Below, one piece after another: positions 29,348-41,470 of a stretch of DNA of 64,000 bases. The translations under genes and the position numbers were made by a program. Origin of the DNA: Bacteroidales bacterium (GTDB lineage: Bacteria > Bacteroidota > Bacteroidia > Bacteroidales > GCA-2748055); NCBI GenBank assembly GCA_029931975.1, contig JAOZQY010000002.1:27799-91798 (forward strand). The letters are read 5' to 3'. Within the stretch, counting starts at the first letter, position 1, and every line of letters starts with the position of its first letter. Under the pieces are notes generated by a model. It did not search any database. It saw nothing but the letters and a program-made list of their open reading frames with translations, and was not told the DNA's origin.

Positions 29348-29761
29348 TCAAAATGGCAGATCATCAAATCCGGAATCATTTTCGGGTGGATTTGAGGGGA
29401 AAGGAGCATCCTGGCTTTGTTCACTATTCTGTATTGGAGTTTCACTCGCAGGAATACCAGTCTCGTTCGAAAGTTTCTCGATACGCCAGGCTTCAAGGTT
29501 GGTGAAATAGGATATTTGGCCATCTTTTTCCCACTTCCTACCTCTAAGGTTAAAAGAGACTTTAACAGTATCGTCGATGTTGACCTGATCCAGCATGGAG
29601 CATTTATCCTGTGTGGATTGGAACTTAATGAAGTCAACAAACTCATAGCCTGTGGCGCTGCTGGATTTAACCTCCAGGACAAATTCGCGTTTCTGGAATC
29701 GGTCCGAGACCTTTTGTGTTTCGTATTTTTCAGCCAGTCGGCCCTTAATCTCGAAGCTCAT
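29348..29761 (-). CDS. DUF3127 domain-containing protein
   Basis: 137-aa ORF with MSFEIKGRLAEKYETQKVSDRFQKREFVLE... and an acidic tail ending DDLPF, a pattern I recognise as DUF3127 (OB-fold-like). Confidence 0.7.
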   Translation of the reverse strand: MSFEIKGRLAEKYETQKVSDRFQKREFVLEVKSSSATGYEFVDFIKFQSTQDKCSMLDQVNIDDTVKVSFNLRGRKWEKDGQISYFTNLEAWRIEKLSNETGIPASETPIQNSEQSQDAPFPSNPPENDSGFDDLPF

Positions 29762-29841
29762 ATTTGATTTCTTTTTCGGTTAGAAGACAAATTTAAAGAT
29801 AGTATATTGAAGAAAGCCACAATTAGATCTTTATGATCAAC

Positions 29842-29879
29842 AAAAAGGCTGTCTCCGCCACTACGGAAACAGCCTTTTT
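29842..29879 (-). terminator. intrinsic terminator hairpin downstream of the FKBP gene
   Basis: AAAAAGGCTGTCTCCG-ccacta-CGGAAACAGCCTTTTT forms a stem with one mismatch, with T-runs on both strands. Confidence 0.6.
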
Positions 29880-29895
29880 CATTTAGTCTTGTGTA

Positions 29896-30615
29896 CTATT
29901 TTATGTCCAGTAACTCGACTGTGAAAATCAGTGTTGAATTAGCCGGAATGGGGCCTGCGTCCCTTGGTCCATATCCAAGGTTGGAAGGAATATAGAATTT
30001 ATAAGTAGAACCAACTGGCATCAGCTGAAGACCTTCGGTCCATCCTTTAATCACACCATTTAAGGGAAATGAGATGGTATCTTTAGTTTCGTAGTTGCCG
30101 TCAAATACAGTTCCGTCAATAAGTGTACCTTCATAGAATACAGATACAGTTGATTCTTCTGCAGGCAAGGGGCCGTCACCCTTTGTGATTACTTCATATT
30201 GTAATCCGGACTCGGTTGTAATTACACCTTCTTTTTTTCCATTCTCTTCAAGAAAGGCAATGCCCTCTTCCATGGCATGCATGGATTCTTCTTCCGCCTT
30301 CTGAGCTTCTACTTCGGAGAGAGCCATGCTGAGATCGCGGAATACAGCCTGGGCACTCATTGGATCAAAGGAAGATGAGTCTTCTAATACCTGTAAAAGA
30401 CCTGAGGCAAGGAGGCCGGCATCAACTTCCCAGGGAGCTTCACCCACACTGTAACCCCAGTTCAGTCCGAGGAAGTAATTAAGAGAATCGGTCTGATTTT
30501 TCATGGTGATTTGATTTTCTGACTTAACACCATTGGAACCAGTTCCAATAAAATATCCTACAGCCATAGCTGCGACTGCCACTACAATAAGTGTAATAAT
30601 CTGTTTGTTATTCAT
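29896..30615 (-). CDS. FKBP-type peptidyl-prolyl cis-trans isomerase (FkpA-like)
   Basis: N-terminal anchor/signal, an FKBP_N-like helical part, and an FKBP core (VSVFYEGTLIDGTVFD...GYGPRDAGPIPANSTLIFTVELLDI). The ATG at 30615 is preferred. Confidence 0.9.
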   Translation of the reverse strand: MNNKQIITLIVVAVAAMAVGYFIGTGSNGVKSENQITMKNQTDSLNYFLGLNWGYSVGEAPWEVDAGLLASGLLQVLEDSSSFDPMSAQAVFRDLSMALSEVEAQKAEEESMHAMEEGIAFLEENGKKEGVITTESGLQYEVITKGDGPLPAEESTVSVFYEGTLIDGTVFDGNYETKDTISFPLNGVIKGWTEGLQLMPVGSTYKFYIPSNLGYGPRDAGPIPANSTLIFTVELLDIK

Positions 30616-30677
30616 GTGAAGTTCTAGTTTAGAAAATAATGAGTGCGAAGATAAAAGAAATATTATACACCACACAA

Positions 30678-31337
30678 TTATCTTTTAATTGCTCTGATCA
30701 TCTCTCGTTTTCCGGGAGGCCCGACAACTTTATCTACATCAAAACCACAGGATGTTAGCGTTCTTCGAACAATTCCCTTTGAGGAATATGTGACCAGTAT
30801 AGCTCCGGAATCACTCACACGGCCAATAGCGTCGAAAACATCGCTGGTCCAGAGTTCGGGTTGTTTATCGGGCGAAAAAGCATCAAAGTAAATCAGTTTA
30901 ATACCGGGAGGGGGATTCATTTGTCTGAAATCAGCATCTTCTTTAAACAATGTAAACCGGTCTGATATTTTTTCGGGACTTCCCCAAGGGCAGCTGTGCA
31001 TTTTGTTCAGAATTCCTTTGGGTGAAGGGCGAATATGCTTTTCGTAGTTTAAGAGCTTGAACTCGGAATCTGTTAAAGGATATTTTTCAACAGCATGATA
31101 GTAAATATCCAGCTTGAGGCGGATCGATTCGGCCAACGTAAGAAGCGCATTCAGACCGGTTCCAAAGCCCAATTCAAGAATCCGCACAGAAGACTGTTTC
31201 ACAGTGAGTAGCCCCTGTTTGATAAAGACATGCATTGATTCCTGGAGAGCACCATGCGAAGAATGATAAGGTTCATCCAGGCTCTTTACAAACATGGTAT
31301 GGGAACCATCTTCGGTTATCTTTAAACTTCTTTCCAT
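30678..31337 (-). CDS. mnmD: tRNA (mnm5s2U34)-methyltransferase MnmD-like SAM methyltransferase
   Basis: 219-aa ORF with TEDGSHTMF...EPYHSSHGALQES...ILELGFGTGLN, matching the MnmC C-terminal/MnmD layout. Confidence 0.75.
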   Translation of the reverse strand: MERSLKITEDGSHTMFVKSLDEPYHSSHGALQESMHVFIKQGLLTVKQSSVRILELGFGTGLNALLTLAESIRLKLDIYYHAVEKYPLTDSEFKLLNYEKHIRPSPKGILNKMHSCPWGSPEKISDRFTLFKEDADFRQMNPPPGIKLIYFDAFSPDKQPELWTSDVFDAIGRVSDSGAILVTYSSKGIVRRTLTSCGFDVDKVVGPPGKREMIRAIKR

Positions 31338-31406
31338 CTGCCAAACTTACGGAATCTTGATAAAATCTATACATCAGCATTTTAATTCATGGTATACTTG
31401 TAAGAG

Positions 31407-32618
31407 ATGAGGACGCGGTTCCATATAGAGAAACGAAAAGATGCTGCTGGTAACTTGCTTTCTGCGGATCGTCCTGTATTCATGAGTGTGACCTTTGGGG
31501 GGAATCGGGTTGTAATTGGGACAGGTCTGAAGGTTGATATGAATGGATGGGATGCAGATAATCAGAGAATTCAAGCATCTTATCCGGATTCGCAAAGTCT
31601 CAATAACTGGCTGGAGAGCATGCAGGAGATAGCTATAAAGACAATGAAGGCACTGCTCAATTCGGATAAAGATCCGAGCTCTGAAAATTTTCGCCAATTG
31701 TATCAGCATTTGAAACCAAAGTATTCATCGGGTTTTTTTGATCTTTTTTTTAAATTCATGGAGAACAATAGTTCCACATGGAGCAGCGCAACTTATCGCA
31801 AGGTCCGAAGTCTGTATAATCTTTTGCGGGAGTTCGACGATCAGTACCAAACACCCATCGCTTTCCATAAGCTGAATTCTCAGTTCTTGGATGATTTTAT
31901 CGCTTTCTGTCAGGAAAAAGGATACCAGTATTCGACTATTTATAAATCTGTAAATAACCTGGTTTGGTTCCTGAATTGGGCGACAGACGAAGGGTATAAC
32001 GTATACCGTGATTATAAACAGTTCTATAAACTAATGATTCCTCCGGAAGAAAAATCGACTTTGCCACTGTTTCTGAACTGGGATGAACTTATGCGATTGA
32101 AGGAGTATGTCACTGATAACAGAAGGATGGAGCGGGTCAGGGATCTCTTCTGTTTCATGTGCTTTTCCGGAGTTAGGTTTTCAGAATTGCAACAAATGAA
32201 GAAGGAAGATTTAAAACCGGGGGAGATACGTATTAATAAGCCCGGTGGTGGAGTGAGACTTATTCCCATGAATAAGTATGCCCATGAGATTTATCAGAAA
32301 TATGAGAATAAATACTACCTGAATAACAGTGCTTTCTCACCCATGAGCATCATTACCATGAATAAGTATCTCAGGCTTATGGGGAAGGAAACAGGGCTTA
32401 CCCGACTGGTTGCTCCCCTGAATGAAGGGGAGGGTAGCCAGCCTCTTTACAGGCGTTTGACAGCCGGGATCGCTATAAATACTTTTATTAGAAACGCCAT
32501 TGAAATGAAAATCCCTGTTGAAATAATCTCCAGGTTTACCGGGGTTCAGAATGATAGCCGGGTCCGCCGAATCAAATCGGATCTTGCTAAAGAGGAGATG
32601 AATAAGTTCAATCATTGA
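31407..32618 (+). CDS. tyrosine-recombinase (phage integrase family) homologue with degenerate catalytic residues
   Basis: 403-aa ORF with a Bacteroidota integrase layout (Arm-binding N-terminus, SAM-like core) and conserved Arg-I (FSGVRFSEL). The HxxR box reads TAGIAINTF, the LGH box reads FTGV, and no Tyr occurs in the last ~30 aa. Confidence 0.75.
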   Translation: MRTRFHIEKRKDAAGNLLSADRPVFMSVTFGGNRVVIGTGLKVDMNGWDADNQRIQASYPDSQSLNNWLESMQEIAIKTMKALLNSDKDPSSENFRQLYQHLKPKYSSGFFDLFFKFMENNSSTWSSATYRKVRSLYNLLREFDDQYQTPIAFHKLNSQFLDDFIAFCQEKGYQYSTIYKSVNNLVWFLNWATDEGYNVYRDYKQFYKLMIPPEEKSTLPLFLNWDELMRLKEYVTDNRRMERVRDLFCFMCFSGVRFSELQQMKKEDLKPGEIRINKPGGGVRLIPMNKYAHEIYQKYENKYYLNNSAFSPMSIITMNKYLRLMGKETGLTRLVAPLNEGEGSQPLYRRLTAGIAINTFIRNAIEMKIPVEIISRFTGVQNDSRVRRIKSDLAKEEMNKFNH

Positions 32619-33360
32619 CCGGTAGGTACTCTTCAAATATCTTATCCATGGATTTGAATATGTTGAAGGGACCCTTTCCATGCAGGTTTTCCACCTGTTT
32701 GAGGAGATGGGCGATGTTTTCCCGTCGGGTACGGTCCTCATGCGGGCAGCTTTTTTCAACTTTTACCAGTGCGTTCAAGCCGGCATACTCTTCCAGCATC
32801 CTTTCGTCCAGGTCCATCAAGGGACGGATCAGTTGAATACGCCCCTCAAACATACTCAGAGAGTAGGGTAGGGAGCTTATGGAGCCGTGGTAGATCATAT
32901 TTAGAAGAAGTGTTTCAACGGCATCATTTCGGTGATGTCCCAGTGCCAGTTTATTACAGTTCAATTCCCTGGTCAGAGTGAATAACTCTTTTCTGCGATG
33001 CCATGAACAGATGAAACAGGGGGCTTTTGAAGGTTCTTTTCCAAGGTCCGGTTCGATGCTGCGGTAATAAAGTGGGATATCCAACTTTTGGCAGAATGAA
33101 GTCAGGCAATCCCGGTCAATTTCATAGCCAATGCCTGTCGCTTCAATATGTGCTGCTGAAAGTTTGAAGTGGAATGGGATAGCAGCCTGCCTTTCAGCCA
33201 GGGCTTCCAGCATAATCATGGAGTCCTTTCCACCCGACAGGCCAACAAGTATATGATCACCTTCGCCGATCAGGGTATGATCGCGCATGGTGGTACCCAT
33301 CTTGCGACAGATTTTTTTGAAAAGTTTTTCAGATTGAAGCTGTTCAGGTGCTTTTCCCAT
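32608..33360 (-). CDS. PP-loop ATPase, TtcA-family tRNA thiolation protein
   Basis: PP-loop SGGKDS, the CFICSWHRR Cys motif and a late Cys (KSCPHED). The ATG at 33360 is preferred, which avoids overlap with the upstream gene. Confidence 0.8.
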   Translation of the reverse strand: MGKAPEQLQSEKLFKKICRKMGTTMRDHTLIGEGDHILVGLSGGKDSMIMLEALAERQAAIPFHFKLSAAHIEATGIGYEIDRDCLTSFCQKLDIPLYYRSIEPDLGKEPSKAPCFICSWHRRKELFTLTRELNCNKLALGHHRNDAVETLLLNMIYHGSISSLPYSLSMFEGRIQLIRPLMDLDERMLEEYAGLNALVKVEKSCPHEDRTRRENIAHLLKQVENLHGKGPFNIFKSMDKIFEEYLPVND

Positions 33361-33383
33361 TCTGTTCGGTACTTGGTGCAAAC

Positions 33384-33992
33384 TTACAGAAAAGAGAGTT
33401 GTCCGAAATAATGTGGCGTATGAAAATCGGGTGAGGGAGCAAGTACCGGTTGCCACGATAGGAAATGGGGCTGTTTCAGCTTATCTCCGCATTTGTAAAA
33501 ATTAGCATGTGCATCCAAACCTGAAAGGGTCTCAATGCTTGAGTAGTGAAGGACCCTGACAGGAATAACAACCTTCATGTTCCAGAGGGTGTATTGGTCC
33601 AGGGTCTTTATGGGATCACGACCCAGCGACGGTACAGTTTCTACAAGCGAAAGCACACTGGAAGAGAGATGGTATCGCTGGTGGCGATCCATACCGTATG
33701 CACCAAGCACTGTTCCAATGGCATTGATTTCAAAATTATAGTAGTTATCATCTCCATTAAGAGCAAGGAAAAACTCCACACAGCTGTCTTCCCAGACAGA
33801 GGAATTGTATTTGGTATGCACAGCCCGAACCTGGGGCTCCTCAACTTTGAAAAAAAGAAAGATGGAGTTTCCATCATGCCGGATGGAGAATCCTGCTTTT
33901 ACTTCAGGGGCCTCTACCCAGTTCTGGTTCGAAATGGAATGCTCGGCCGTCTCAGGCAGCGAAGCAATGCGGGTGATTCTGTCAACAATCAT
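33384..33992 (-). CDS. carbohydrate-binding family 9-like protein (no signal peptide seen)
   Basis: 202-aa ORF with the pattern FSIRHDGNSIFLFFKVEE...WEDSCVEFFL...YYNFEINAIG, reminiscent of CBM9/DOMON-like sugar-binding domains. This is a by-eye assignment. Confidence 0.45.
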   Translation of the reverse strand: MIVDRITRIASLPETAEHSISNQNWVEAPEVKAGFSIRHDGNSIFLFFKVEEPQVRAVHTKYNSSVWEDSCVEFFLALNGDDNYYNFEINAIGTVLGAYGMDRHQRYHLSSSVLSLVETVPSLGRDPIKTLDQYTLWNMKVVIPVRVLHYSSIETLSGLDAHANFYKCGDKLKQPHFLSWQPVLAPSPDFHTPHYFGQLSFL

Positions 33993-33997
33993 AAGAG

Positions 33998-35086
33998 TCA
34001 GGACAGTTTTCGAATGATCTGCCTGAGCTCTTTCATTTTCGCCTCGCCGTCCTGTGTAAGTTTGAACTGCGCCCTGGCCCTTATCAGGTTGTGCTCCGGA
34101 TGTTTGACCTTATAGTAGGTATCTCCATCCAGGTAGTCGATCAGGAAACGAACGGCCTGCATATAGGGGAAAAGTAGCCCTGCATAGAGCAGAGATTCCT
34201 TTTCGGTATCCGAAAGGGTATCTCTTGAGGAGTCCAGGAAACCGGAGGCGAAGGCTTCAAAGAGTTCCAGATCCATACTGACCCTGTCAAGGTTGGGATC
34301 ATCCTCTTCTCCGGTATTGGTCAGGGTTCTGATGCCATCTCCAAAATCGGAAGTGACATAACCGGGCTGAATGGTATCCAGGTCGATGACACACAGGCCT
34401 TTCCTGTTAAGATCAAATAATACATTACTAATCTTAGTGTCGTTATGGGTAACTCTGAGTGGAATCGCCCTTTTTTCTCCGAGCTCATGTATGGTAAGCA
34501 TCATTTTTGAGCGTGTTTCCACATATTCGACCTCCTTTTTCACCTCTTTCAGGCGGTCTGCCACATCCTTGCTAATACTTTCCTTCAGCTGTGTAAGTCT
34601 CCATTTCATATTATGGAAATCGGGTATAACGCATCCCACTTTCCCTGCAGGGAGGTCATTCAGCATCACGGTAAATGCACCGAAGGTCTTCGCTCCTTCA
34701 TAGGCAATGGCAGGATCGGTAGTGCTTTCGAATACAAGGTGGTCCTCAATAAAACGAAGCACCCTCCAGAAATTACCTTCCGTGTCCTTGAAATAGCTTT
34801 GCCCATCTGTGGTGGGAATGATTGTCAGGCAGCGCCTTTTTACCTCACCGGGAGTTTCCCTTTCTATTTTGGCCCTGACATGATCTGTGACGATCGACAT
34901 GTTATTCATCAGGAGAGGAACATCCTTGAAAACATTGTGATTGACTCTTTGCAGGAGGTAATCGGGTGCTCCTTTAACAGCATTCACCAGTCGGTAACTG
35001 TCATTAATAAAACCCCCACTATGGACTTCCACCTTGCCCGGGGAACCTTCGGTAGCAAACCGAGCGGCAATTGAATCTATCGTCAT
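33998..35086 (-). CDS. aminoglycoside-phosphotransferase-fold sugar anomeric kinase (NahK/AmgK-like)
   Basis: 362-aa ORF with the catalytic loop VTHNDTKISNVLFD and DLDT, matching what I remember of N-acetylhexosamine 1-kinase. Confidence 0.65.
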   Translation of the reverse strand: MTIDSIAARFATEGSPGKVEVHSGGFINDSYRLVNAVKGAPDYLLQRVNHNVFKDVPLLMNNMSIVTDHVRAKIERETPGEVKRRCLTIIPTTDGQSYFKDTEGNFWRVLRFIEDHLVFESTTDPAIAYEGAKTFGAFTVMLNDLPAGKVGCVIPDFHNMKWRLTQLKESISKDVADRLKEVKKEVEYVETRSKMMLTIHELGEKRAIPLRVTHNDTKISNVLFDLNRKGLCVIDLDTIQPGYVTSDFGDGIRTLTNTGEEDDPNLDRVSMDLELFEAFASGFLDSSRDTLSDTEKESLLYAGLLFPYMQAVRFLIDYLDGDTYYKVKHPEHNLIRARAQFKLTQDGEAKMKELRQIIRKLS

Positions 35087-35089
35087 CCC

Positions 35090-35938
35090 TTAGTTCATTT
35101 GTGAGATGCAGAGTGCTGCAGCACCATAAAGCCCTGCATTATCCAGTTCAGCTCGTACCAGGTCCGTTTTGTTGCTGATCATAGGAACCAAGAATTTGTC
35201 TACTTCTTTACGAAGTGGTTTTTCCAGCAGGTCCCAGGAATTGGATACCGAACCGCCTATCACGAAGGCTTCAGGAGCCAGAATATACATCACACTTCTG
35301 ATGAGCTCTCCAATGTTTTGTGCCAGCTCGTCAAATACGGCCAGGGATTCCTGATCTCCTTTTTTGGCTTTTTTGTACAGCTCAATGCCGGTGGTGTAGT
35401 ACTTGTTCTTAAAAAGAGCGGCACTACATATATCCTCCACGATGCCTCCGTGAAAGGGAATACATCCCAGCTCACCGGCTCCACCCATCAGTCCGGTATG
35501 GATCTTCCGGTCAAGGATGATACCGCCCCCCAGTCCTGTTCCAAGGGTAATGCCAACCAGGTTCTTATACTTTTTACCAGCACCGTAATAGGTTTCCCCA
35601 AGGGCAAAACAGTTGGCATCATTGCTCTGAAAAGTGGGCAGATTAAATCGCTTTTCGACCACCGGTTTAATGGAAAAACCGTTAAATGATTTAATGTTGT
35701 TGATCTGAAGGATCTCTCCTGTTTCTGCATTCATAAAACCGGGCATGCCGATCCCGATCCCTACCACCTCTTTGGTCATGACCTTCTCAATGGCCTCGAA
35801 AAGAGATTCCATGATTTCCATAGCCGGCCGGTCTGATCCCGTGGGGACCTCAGCGCGCTTAATCAATTTACTTGCAGAAAATCTTGCGGCTACAATGGAC
35901 GTACCGCCAATATCAACCCCTATGTATAACTTGCTCAT
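35090..35938 (-). CDS. ROK family sugar kinase
   Basis: ATP-binding N-terminus GVDIGGTSI, plus GTGLGGGII and GGAGELGCIPF motifs. Confidence 0.85.
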   Translation of the reverse strand: MSKLYIGVDIGGTSIVAARFSASKLIKRAEVPTGSDRPAMEIMESLFEAIEKVMTKEVVGIGIGMPGFMNAETGEILQINNIKSFNGFSIKPVVEKRFNLPTFQSNDANCFALGETYYGAGKKYKNLVGITLGTGLGGGIILDRKIHTGLMGGAGELGCIPFHGGIVEDICSAALFKNKYYTTGIELYKKAKKGDQESLAVFDELAQNIGELIRSVMYILAPEAFVIGGSVSNSWDLLEKPLRKEVDKFLVPMISNKTDLVRAELDNAGLYGAAALCISQMN

Positions 35939-37185
35939 TATGATTTAGTTCTGATTTTATGTCCTGAAATAGCAAAATATAGGATAAACAGATAGCATGG
36001 TACCATGACCCAGTAGGCAGACTGGTAATTAGCAACCACTGCCTGTTCGGTGGTCTTGATAGCATCCACAATGGTTCCGAAAATAAGTGGAATCACTGCA
36101 CCACCCACAATGGCCATCACCAGGAAGGAGGCACCAACCTTGGTGAATTTTCCCAGGTCTTTCATGGCCAGAGGCCAGATGGCCGGCCACATCAGCGAGT
36201 TTGAGAAACTTGCAAACAGAAGGGCATAGAAGGCATATTGAGCGGGCAGGTAAATCAGGAGCAGGGAAGAGAACACACCCAGGATGGCAAAAGAAATCAG
36301 CGCTTTTTGCTGAGACACAAATCTTGGTATGGCAATGACACCAAAAATATAACCGGCTACAAGTCCCAGGGTGACGAATCTGGAATAGTTTTCCAGGTTG
36401 GGGGCATCTCCAAAGGTTGCTCTTGCAAAGTCAATAATGGATGCCATGGGAAGGGTCTCGATTCCGACGTAAAGGAAGAGGGTGAATACACCAAGCAAAA
36501 GGTGTGGAAATTGCCAGATACTGGTTTTTGTTGCTGCATATGAAGAAACCGCTGATTCATCGTCTTCATCTTCTCCCTCTGCTTTCACTTCTGGCAGGGG
36601 AGCAAAATAGACAAAGATGCCCAGTACAATCATAATGCCGGTAACAATATAGAAGGGCATGATGATGTCATCAACATCCACTTTGGCAAGATCGATAAAG
36701 AGTCCAAGGAAGAGGGGAGCGATCCACCAGGCCATTTTGTTCATGATACCCATCAGGCTCATGCGAACCGCGGCAGTATCTTCAGGTCCAATAATGGTAA
36801 TATAAGGATTGACAGCACCCTGCAAGAGCGTGTTTCCAATTCCACCCACAAAAAGAGCTACCAGGAAGAGCGGGAAGCTCACCGCTTTGGAGGAAGGGAC
36901 AAAGAGCCACATGCCCAGCGCCATAATAAAGAAGGCAATCATCATGGCCCTCCTGTATCCTATTTTTTTAATTACCCAACCGGTGGGACGGCCAAAAATT
37001 ACAAAGGCGGAGAATATGGCTGCAGTGACCAGATAAGATTGACTTGTAGTAAGATTGAAAGCAGATCGAAGTGCCGGGGTAAGGAATCCGCTGATTCCTA
37101 CACCAAAACCAATCATGAAGAATACAATACCGACAATCATTAATGGGCCGGCTGGTCCAATCTTAATTTTGCTAGAATTACTCAT
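35938..37185 (-). CDS. sugar MFS transporter (glucose/galactose/fucose permease type)
   Basis: 415-aa, ~12-TM ORF. Its stop overlaps the ROK start (TAATG on the minus strand). Confidence 0.8.
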   Translation of the reverse strand: MSNSSKIKIGPAGPLMIVGIVFFMIGFGVGISGFLTPALRSAFNLTTSQSYLVTAAIFSAFVIFGRPTGWVIKKIGYRRAMMIAFFIMALGMWLFVPSSKAVSFPLFLVALFVGGIGNTLLQGAVNPYITIIGPEDTAAVRMSLMGIMNKMAWWIAPLFLGLFIDLAKVDVDDIIMPFYIVTGIMIVLGIFVYFAPLPEVKAEGEDEDDESAVSSYAATKTSIWQFPHLLLGVFTLFLYVGIETLPMASIIDFARATFGDAPNLENYSRFVTLGLVAGYIFGVIAIPRFVSQQKALISFAILGVFSSLLLIYLPAQYAFYALLFASFSNSLMWPAIWPLAMKDLGKFTKVGASFLVMAIVGGAVIPLIFGTIVDAIKTTEQAVVANYQSAYWVMVPCYLFILYFAISGHKIRTKS

Positions 37186-37343
37186 TAGTGGATGTTTTGA
37201 GTTTAAGTTAGTTCATAGTGACGGGCATAAAATTAATCTTTTCTTAAATATCTCAAATTATTTAACAGCTTATCGACTTTTTGGAAAGCTAAAATGGGAT
37301 AAGTACATTTACCAATCCAATAATTCAAGTAAATAAATATTAC

Positions 37344-38252
37344 ATGCATACCACACTTTTGATTCTGGCAGCAGGAATGGGAAGCCGCTATGGTGGAATG
37401 AAACAGGTAGATGCTTTCGGACCTTCCGGAGAAACCATTACCGATTATTCCATTTATGATGCTATTCATGCAGGATTTGAACGTTTTGTTTTTGTGATCT
37501 CACCCAAAATGGAAGAAGATTTCAAAACAAACTATATCAAAAAATTTCCCTCAGATCTGAAAGTCGATTATGTGATCCAGTCACTTGATAATCTTCCTAA
37601 AGGATTTACTCTGCCTGAGGATCGCGTGAAACCATGGGGGACGGCCCATGCTGTTTTGATGGCCAGGGATGCTATTAACGAGCCCTTTGCAGTGATCAAT
37701 GCAGATGATTATTATGGCCGAAAATCCTATAAGATCATGAACCATTTTCTGACCCAGACATCTGAAGATGTGCGCGGGCACTACTGTATGGTTGGTTTCG
37801 AGTTGCAGAAAACAGTGTCAGAACATGGCTCAGTGGCGCGTGGGGTTTGTCAGGTAAATAGTCAAGGTTACCTGTCGGGCATGGTGGAAAGAACAAAGAT
37901 CTACCTGAAAGATGGCGGAATTGTATATGAAAATGAGGATGGATCGATACATCCACTGAATCCTATGGATACAGTTTCTATGAACCTCTTTGGTTTTACT
38001 CCCGATTTTTTCTCTTATGCTGAAGAGGATTTCAAGAGGTTTTTGAATGAGAGCATCGACAATCCTAAAGCTGAATATTTTATCCCCTATGTGGTCGACA
38101 AGCTGATTTCCTCAGGTAAATCAAAGATGTCGGTATTGCAGACCCCTGAATCCTGGTTCGGAGTGACTTACCAGGAGGACAAGCCCATTGTGTTGAAAGC
38201 CATAGGCAACCTGGTTAACGAAGGCATCTACCCCAAATCTCTCTGGGGCTAA
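37344..38252 (+). CDS. sugar-phosphate nucleotidyltransferase
   Basis: The N-terminal LILAAGMGSRYGGMKQ is the NTP-transferase G-rich loop. VINADDYYG is also present. Confidence 0.7.
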   Translation: MHTTLLILAAGMGSRYGGMKQVDAFGPSGETITDYSIYDAIHAGFERFVFVISPKMEEDFKTNYIKKFPSDLKVDYVIQSLDNLPKGFTLPEDRVKPWGTAHAVLMARDAINEPFAVINADDYYGRKSYKIMNHFLTQTSEDVRGHYCMVGFELQKTVSEHGSVARGVCQVNSQGYLSGMVERTKIYLKDGGIVYENEDGSIHPLNPMDTVSMNLFGFTPDFFSYAEEDFKRFLNESIDNPKAEYFIPYVVDKLISSGKSKMSVLQTPESWFGVTYQEDKPIVLKAIGNLVNEGIYPKSLWG

Positions 38253-38260
38253 GACGCTAA

Positions 38261-41419
<3,159 letters not shown>

Positions 41420-41470
41420 GAATATATGCTGTTTTGATGATCTGGTATTTATAATCCTTATCTTAGTTTC

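Noticed and set aside
31338-32618. Integrase gene as marker of an integrated mobile element or genomic island
   Set aside because: There is no adjacent tRNA, no cargo genes (housekeeping genes abut both sides) and no flanking direct repeats that I could see. The catalytic residues are missing. I therefore report it as a degenerate integrase-like CDS only.
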